32,000 nt of DNA. Source: Breznakia sp. PF5-3 (GTDB lineage Bacteria > Bacillota_I > Bacilli_A > Erysipelotrichales > Erysipelotrichaceae). A model generated the notes under the pieces. The model was given only the letters and a program-made list of their open reading frames with translations. It was not told the DNA's origin and ran no database searches. The stretch covers positions 13,600 to 45,599 of the forward strand of contig NZ_JAQFIQ010000017.1 in NCBI RefSeq assembly GCF_029504745.1, given 5' to 3'. Both the position numbers and the translations under genes were made by a program. The stretch's first letter is position 1; each line of letters starts with the position of its first letter. Shown piece by piece: positions 27,463-32,000 of the stretch.

Positions 27463-28797
27463 ATGAAAAGTTTTACAAATTGGATGGAACAGCATTTTGT
27501 TCCAGTAGCGGCGAAGATTGGATCACAAAAGCACTTAGTTGCAATTCGTGATGCATTCATCGCAATTATGCCAGTTACAATGGCAGGGGCGGTAGCTACA
27601 TTATTAAATGTATTTTTTAGAGATTTACCAAATGAATGGTGGGGGTTAGAAAATAGTTTCGTATCCTCTGATATTGTATCGGGTATCATTGGGGTAAATG
27701 GAAATGTTTGGTGGGGTACACTAGCAATCATTTCTCTAGTATTTATTTTTGCTTTAGGTTATTATATTGCGAAAGCTTATAAAGCACCTGCATTAGCAGG
27801 TGGTGTAATCGCTGTGGCTGCTTTTATTGCAGTAACACCACAAGCAATTACGGTTGTTAGTGAAGCAGGTGAAGAAATAGGTGCTTGGGGACATATTAAC
27901 TATACATATTTAAATTCAAGTGGATTATTTACAGCACTGATTGTTGGATTGTTAGCATCAATTGTTTATTCAAAATTAATTAATGCTAATATTACAATCA
28001 AATTACCAGATTCAGTGCCTCCTGCAGTTTCAAAAGCATTTACAGCAATTATTCCTGGATTGATATCTATTTATCTTTGTGCAATTATTGCATATCTTAT
28101 TAATTTGGGTACAGGAAAAGCTATTGGAGATTTGATTTTGGAATATATTCAACAGCCATTCTTATCGTTGTCACAAGGCTTTGGAGCAGTTATTATCGTT
28201 ATTATCGCTGTACAGTTGTTTTGGTTCTTTGGGATTCATGGTACGAATGTTTTGGCGCCTGTATTGGATGGAGTTTATCTTACAGCGACAAACTCAAACA
28301 ATGCAGCCTATACAGCAGGTACAGCAGTGAGTGAGTTACCTTATTTATGGACACGTGGATCATTTGATGCATATGTTTGGATGGGTGGAGCAGGATGTAC
28401 GATTGCATTGATTATTGCGATTTTCATCTTCTCGAAAAAAGATGATGCAAGAGCAATTGCTAAATTAAGTGCCCCAATGGGAGCATTCAATATCAATGAA
28501 CCAGTAATGTTTGGTATGCCAATTGTACTTAATCCAATATATTTTATTCCATGGATGATTGTACCAGTGATTCTAACTATCATCGCTTATGCAGCAACGG
28601 CAATGGGGGTTGTTCCGCCTGTATTTACACCAGTTCCTTGGGTAATGCCACCAATCATCTATGCTTTCCTTGCAACAGGTGGTAGCATTGCGGCAGCAAT
28701 CTTAGCATTAATAAACTTAGTTATTGCAGTAGTTATATGGGGTGCATTTGTATTAATTGGAAATAAAGTAGAATTAGAAGAAGCAGATGCCGAATAA
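27463..28797 (+). CDS. PTS Lac/Cel family EIIC permease
   Basis: 444 aa from ATG 27463 (MKSFTNWMEQHFVPVAAKIGSQKHLVAIRDAF..., a typical EIIC type-3 N-terminus), polytopic. RBS AAAGGAGAA. Confidence 0.9.
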   Translation: MKSFTNWMEQHFVPVAAKIGSQKHLVAIRDAFIAIMPVTMAGAVATLLNVFFRDLPNEWWGLENSFVSSDIVSGIIGVNGNVWWGTLAIISLVFIFALGYYIAKAYKAPALAGGVIAVAAFIAVTPQAITVVSEAGEEIGAWGHINYTYLNSSGLFTALIVGLLASIVYSKLINANITIKLPDSVPPAVSKAFTAIIPGLISIYLCAIIAYLINLGTGKAIGDLILEYIQQPFLSLSQGFGAVIIVIIAVQLFWFFGIHGTNVLAPVLDGVYLTATNSNNAAYTAGTAVSELPYLWTRGSFDAYVWMGGAGCTIALIIAIFIFSKKDDARAIAKLSAPMGAFNINEPVMFGMPIVLNPIYFIPWMIVPVILTIIAYAATAMGVVPPVFTPVPWVMPPIIYAFLATGGSIAAAILALINLVIAVVIWGAFVLIGNKVELEEADAE

Positions 28798-28809
28798 GTA
28801 AAGCTTTTG

Positions 28810-28837
28810 ATAACGGGAAGAATTCTCTTCCCGTTAT
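28810..28837 (+). other. strong intercistronic stem-loop without a U tract, between EIIC and EIIA
   Basis: ATAACGGGAAGA-(ATTC)-TCTTCCCGTTAT, a perfect 12-bp stem, followed by AAAGATAAAGGAG (the EIIA RBS). Confidence 0.6.
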
Positions 28838-28855
28838 AAAGATAAAGGAGATAAT

Positions 28856-29164
28856 ATGGAAGGATTAGAATTAACTTGCTTTCAAATCATATCAAATGTT
28901 GGTGGTGCAAGGAGTTGTTTCATTGAAGCAATTCAACAAGCTAAAGCAAAAGATTTTGAGAAAGCACAAAAATCTATTGAAGAAGGTGAAGCTTTTTTCA
29001 CTGAAGGACATCATGCTCATGCACAATTGATTCAAAGCGAAGCAAATGGAGAATTGAGTAATATTACATTATTATTAATTCATGCTGAAGATCAATTGAT
29101 GAGTGCTGAAGCTTTTAAAATTTTGGCAAATGAGTTTATTGATGTATACAAGCAAATTGGTTAG
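28856..29164 (+). CDS. PTS Lac/Cel family EIIA component
   Basis: 102 aa, helical, with the conserved His region FTEGHHAHAQLIQ and LLIHAEDQLM. Confidence 0.9.
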   Translation: MEGLELTCFQIISNVGGARSCFIEAIQQAKAKDFEKAQKSIEEGEAFFTEGHHAHAQLIQSEANGELSNITLLLIHAEDQLMSAEAFKILANEFIDVYKQIG

Positions 29165-29179
29165 AATAGAGGTGTGAAC

Positions 29180-29395
29180 ATGATTATAATTTCTTGTCCA
29201 ATAAAACAGGATTTTGTTATAGAAACAGTAGAAGCAATTGATACATTTCAATACAAGTATGAAGGAAAGAATGGGATTAATTTATCTTTTTCAGTAAATA
29301 CAGAAGATATTGAAGATGCAATTAAAGTAGCGAAAGCGGCAATTAAATCTACTGAGGTAGGAGCTGTTCTATATTTTCAAGTAAAGGCAGCTTAA
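29180..29395 (+). CDS. hypothetical small protein (71 aa from ATG 29180; 73 aa if GTG 29174)
   Basis: RBS AGAGGTG upstream of ATG 29180, operon-embedded, with predicted alternating beta/alpha pattern (MIIISCPIKQDFVIETVEAIDTFQYKYEGKNGINLSFSVNTEDIEDAIKVAKAAIKSTEVGAVLYFQVKAA). I do not recognise a family. Confidence 0.5.
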   Translation: MIIISCPIKQDFVIETVEAIDTFQYKYEGKNGINLSFSVNTEDIEDAIKVAKAAIKSTEVGAVLYFQVKAA

Positions 29396-29413
29396 TTAAA
29401 TAGGAGTGCTTAT

Positions 29414-29569
29414 ATGAAAGAATGGTCATTATTTATGATTAGCATGGGTTGTTTATTAATTTTATTATCATCGACAGTAGTAAAAGGTCTTGGCATAATG
29501 GTTAGTGGAATTTTACTGACAGCAGTTGGCGTCTACCTTTTACTGAAAAAGAAGAAAGGAAGTTTATAA
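29414..29569 (+). CDS. hypothetical 51-aa two-helix membrane peptide (not in the ORF track)
   Basis: My translation: MKEWSLFMISMGCLLILLSSTVVKGLGIMVSGILLTAVGVYLLLKKKKGSL*. RBS TAGGAGTG lies 5 nt upstream. It exactly fills the gap between the flanking ORFs, with its stop 1 nt before the next ATG. Confidence 0.45.
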   Translation: MKEWSLFMISMGCLLILLSSTVVKGLGIMVSGILLTAVGVYLLLKKKKGSL

Positions 29570-29570
29570 A

Positions 29571-30005
29571 ATGGAAGTATCGAGAATAATCAGGGGATCA
29601 GAAGAAAAATGTTTTTCTATTTTGATGGCATCGTTATTGGAAGATATTGAAGCGGCAGAAGGTAAAAAAGTGAAGTTGGAAGATATTGGAAAGGGATATA
29701 ACTATACAAAACAATTACAGAATAAACTTGGAAAAGCTGGGACAATAAGGGTTACGATAGTAGAAATAGATTCACCAAGTGTTTATAAAGCTTCTTTTGA
29801 AAGTGCACAAGGTGTAAATACATTATCTTATATTTTGGAGAAGGTTGATGATACACATTTTAAGCTAACTTATAATGAAGAATTTTTGTCTGATAAAAAA
29901 AGTAATAATTTAAACTATGGACTTATGTCAAAGTTATATAAGCGCTCAAATAAAAAGAAAGCGAATTTAGTGTTGAATCAAATTGAAACACTCGTACAAG
30001 AGTAA
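29571..30005 (+). CDS. DUF3284-like protein
   Basis: 144 aa. Size, PTS-operon context and the ...KGYNYTKQL... region recall the DUF3284 family that accompanies cellobiose-type PTS operons in Bacillota. This is a recollection, not a search. Confidence 0.55.
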   Translation: MEVSRIIRGSEEKCFSILMASLLEDIEAAEGKKVKLEDIGKGYNYTKQLQNKLGKAGTIRVTIVEIDSPSVYKASFESAQGVNTLSYILEKVDDTHFKLTYNEEFLSDKKSNNLNYGLMSKLYKRSNKKKANLVLNQIETLVQE

Positions 30006-30007
30006 AC

Positions 30008-30032
30008 GGAGAATGGTTATCATTCTCTTTTT
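30008..30032 (+). terminator. intra-operon intrinsic terminator immediately upstream of the DUF871 gene RBS
   Basis: GAGAATG-(GTTAT)-CATTCTC followed by TTTTTT, then GGTAAGGAGGA and ATG 30050. Confidence 0.55.
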
Positions 30033-30049
30033 TGGTAAGGAGGACAAAA

Positions 30050-31138
30050 ATGGCAAGATTAGGAATATCAGTATATCCCGAACATGCATCACTAGAGGCT
30101 AATAAGGACTATATAAAACGTGCTGCGAATTGTGGGTTTAAAAGAATTTTCACATGTTTATTAAGTGTGGAAGGAAAATCAAAGGATGAAATATTAAAAG
30201 AATTTAGAGATATGATTAATTATGCACATGAGTTTCACATGGAAGTAATCTTAGATGTAGCACCATTTGTATTTGATAAGCTTGGTGTTAGTTATGAAAA
30301 TTTATCATTTTTTAAGGAAATGCATGCAGATGGAATTCGTTTAGATGAAGGTTTTGATGGGTTGAAAGAAAGTTTGATGACCTATAATAAAGAAAATTTG
30401 AAAATTGAGATTAATGCAAGTTTTGGAAATGGGTATATTGATAATATCATTTCACATTATCCTAATAAAGATGCAATGATTACATGTCATAATTTTTATC
30501 CACAACGTTATACAGGGTTAAGCGAAAAGCATTTTAACTTATGTAATACTATGATAAAAGAACATGGTTTACAAATTGCTGCTTTTGTATCATCACAAAA
30601 TGTAGATACATTTGGGCCGTGGCCTGTAAACGAAGGGTTATGTACTTTAGAGATACATAGGGATTTACCAATTGATGTACAAATGCGTCATCTGTGTGCT
30701 ACACAAATGGTTGACGATGTATTAATAGGAAATGCTTTTGCTTCTCAAGAAGAATTAGAAATATGTGCAAAAATCAACCCAAATGTATTAACTTTCAAGA
30801 TTGATTATGAGAAAGAATTACATCCAACAGAAGAAAAAATTATTTTCGAACACAGACATTTTGTAAGGGGTGATATGAGTGAATACATGGCTCGTTCCAC
30901 ATTCCCTAGAGTAACTCATGCCAAAGAGAGTGTTCCTCCTGCAAATACGCGTGATTTGAAGCGTGGGGATGTGATTATTGTGAATGATGAGTATTCACGA
31001 TACAAAGGTGAATTGCATATTGTTTTAAAAGATATGCCAAATGATGGAAGAAAGAATGTAATTGGTAGCATTCCAGAAAATGAGAGGATATTATTGGACT
31101 ATATTGAACCATGGAGAACATTTGCATTTATGCGATAA
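30050..31138 (+). CDS. DUF871-family protein (MupG-like 6-phospho-glycosidase)
   Basis: 362 aa from ATG 30050 (MARLGISVYPEH...FKRIFTCLLSVEG..., the characteristic DUF871 N-terminus). RBS AAGGAGG. The track start at 30032 lies within the terminator. Confidence 0.8.
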   Translation: MARLGISVYPEHASLEANKDYIKRAANCGFKRIFTCLLSVEGKSKDEILKEFRDMINYAHEFHMEVILDVAPFVFDKLGVSYENLSFFKEMHADGIRLDEGFDGLKESLMTYNKENLKIEINASFGNGYIDNIISHYPNKDAMITCHNFYPQRYTGLSEKHFNLCNTMIKEHGLQIAAFVSSQNVDTFGPWPVNEGLCTLEIHRDLPIDVQMRHLCATQMVDDVLIGNAFASQEELEICAKINPNVLTFKIDYEKELHPTEEKIIFEHRHFVRGDMSEYMARSTFPRVTHAKESVPPANTRDLKRGDVIIVNDEYSRYKGELHIVLKDMPNDGRKNVIGSIPENERILLDYIEPWRTFAFMR

Positions 31139-31145
31139 ATACATC

Positions 31146-31174
31146 TTGTCATTTTCTAAACTGTAACATATAAT
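31146..31174 (+). promoter_or_regulatory. sigma-A-type promoter of the GntR regulator gene
   Basis: TTGTCA (31146-31151), 17-nt spacer, consensus TATAAT (31169-31174). Confidence 0.6.
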
Positions 31175-31186
31175 TGTTATAACAAT
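31173..31186. promoter_or_regulatory. perfect 14-bp palindrome overlapping the -10/+1 region, candidate autoregulatory operator
   Basis: ATTGTTATAACAAT is its own reverse complement. Core is GTTATAAC (GT-N4-AC). Confidence 0.45.
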
Positions 31187-31208
31187 AGGCAAAATGGAGG
31201 AAAATTTA

Positions 31209-31880
31209 GTGAGCATACCAATTTATTTGCAAATAAAGGAAAAGATGATTGATACGATTCGTGAGTTACCAGCGAATGCACCTATTCCAAGTGAAAGAGA
31301 TCTAGCAATTCAATATGATGCGAGTCGTATGACTGTTCGCAAATCAATTAATGCCCTAGTAGATGAAGGATATTTATATCGTGATTCTAATAAAGGTACA
31401 TTTGTTGCTGATAAGGTTTTACATAAAAAAAATACTACCCTAGAAAAAAAGGATGATAATCGAAAAATAAGTTATAAAACGATATATTTTGATGTGAAAG
31501 CCTCCTCTTCTGAGGAAGTTCAAGAACGGTTAAATATTGGACCAGAGGATTCTGTAGTTAGGATGATTCGTTTGATGCTTTCGGATGATCGTCCGCAAGC
31601 AATTGAAGAAATTTATATTAATCGTTTAAATCTTTCAGATGAAGAATTTAGAAACTTGCCAAAGTGGCAAGATTTTAATGCATTCATATCAAAAGGTGGA
31701 TTGACACAACGATTTGTACCAACGCTCGTTCCCATGCAGTATGCACATATGTTAGAACTTAAAATCCATGAGCCAATCATCATGGTTGAAAATATAGTCA
31801 ATCAAAAAAGTGGAAAACCTTTAATTTATATGAAAGTATTCAATAATCCAAAAGAAAAAGTTATAGAAATAACATCGTAG
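31209..31880 (+). CDS. GntR-family transcriptional regulator, HutC subfamily (wHTH plus UTRA effector domain)
   Basis: wHTH motif PSERDLAIQYDASRMTVRKSINALVDEGYL, and the C-terminal domain length fits UTRA. GTG 31209 has an ideal GGAGGA RBS 7 nt upstream. The track ATG 31194 is in frame but has a poor RBS. Confidence 0.85.
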   Translation: MSIPIYLQIKEKMIDTIRELPANAPIPSERDLAIQYDASRMTVRKSINALVDEGYLYRDSNKGTFVADKVLHKKNTTLEKKDDNRKISYKTIYFDVKASSSEEVQERLNIGPEDSVVRMIRLMLSDDRPQAIEEIYINRLNLSDEEFRNLPKWQDFNAFISKGGLTQRFVPTLVPMQYAHMLELKIHEPIIMVENIVNQKSGKPLIYMKVFNNPKEKVIEITS

Positions 31881-31920
31881 AGTATATCTTTTAAAGATAT
31901 ACTCTCAGACTGTTGACATA

Positions 31921-31952
31921 AAGGGTGTTCCATTACGGAGCACCCTTTTAAT
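31921..31952 (+). terminator. intrinsic terminator at the end of the sugar locus
   Basis: AAGGGTGTTCC-(ATTAC)-GGAGCACCCTT (one G-U pair) followed by TTTAATT. A second hairpin without a U tract (GAGTATATCTTT/AAAGATATACTC, 31880-31904) precedes it. Confidence 0.6.
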
Positions 31953-32000
31953 TATGTATGTTTTTAATATTTTTCGTATGCTATCAATTATGTGTGTAAA

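Noticed and set aside
31880-31904. Hairpin GAGTATATCTTT/AAAGATATACTC starting at the GntR stop codon, considered as a terminator or third operator
   Set aside because: It has no U tract and no GT-N4-AC core resembling the other two palindromes. The U-tract terminator at 31921-31952 is the more likely 3' end. Its function is left open.

Overview
AT-rich, low-GC Bacillota-type chromosome, with Bacilli/Erysipelotrichia-like gene content and synteny. Almost all of the window is tightly packed core housekeeping DNA.

Gene order, left to right:
- The tail of an agmatine deiminase operon: a truncated permease, aguA and carbamate kinase.
- A translationally coupled pyrimidine operon, pyrC-carA-carB-pyrK-pyrD-pyrF-pyrE, behind a promoter and a PyrR-type attenuator. 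No pyrB or pyrR is present in the window.
- A convergent recU-ponA pair, then gpsB followed immediately by the RNase P RNA gene (rnpB).
- The conserved block rodZ-pgsA-cinA(C-terminal domain only)-recA-rny-ymdB.
- A 57-aa 2x[4Fe-4S] ferredoxin that is absent from the ORF track, then miaB.
- A stand-alone cysteine-rich bactofilin-like gene, then proC, a YitT-family membrane protein and a DUF885 lipoprotein.
- A sugar-utilisation locus at about 27.0-31.95 kb.

The sugar locus is the only accessory-looking part. It encodes Lac/Cel-family PTS IIB, IIC and IIA, two tiny uncharacterised ORFs, a DUF3284-like protein, a DUF871 (MupG-like) protein and a GntR/HutC regulator. A cre site, sigma-A-type promoters and two perfect 14-bp palindromes that look like operators are readable directly in the sequence.

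I found no CRISPR array, transposase, integrase, phage gene, toxin-antitoxin pair or recognisable defence system. I cannot support a claim of a wholly novel system. The best candidate for undescribed biology is the PTS/DUF871/DUF3284/small-ORF locus. All family assignments rest on motifs read by eye and need HMM or BLAST confirmation.
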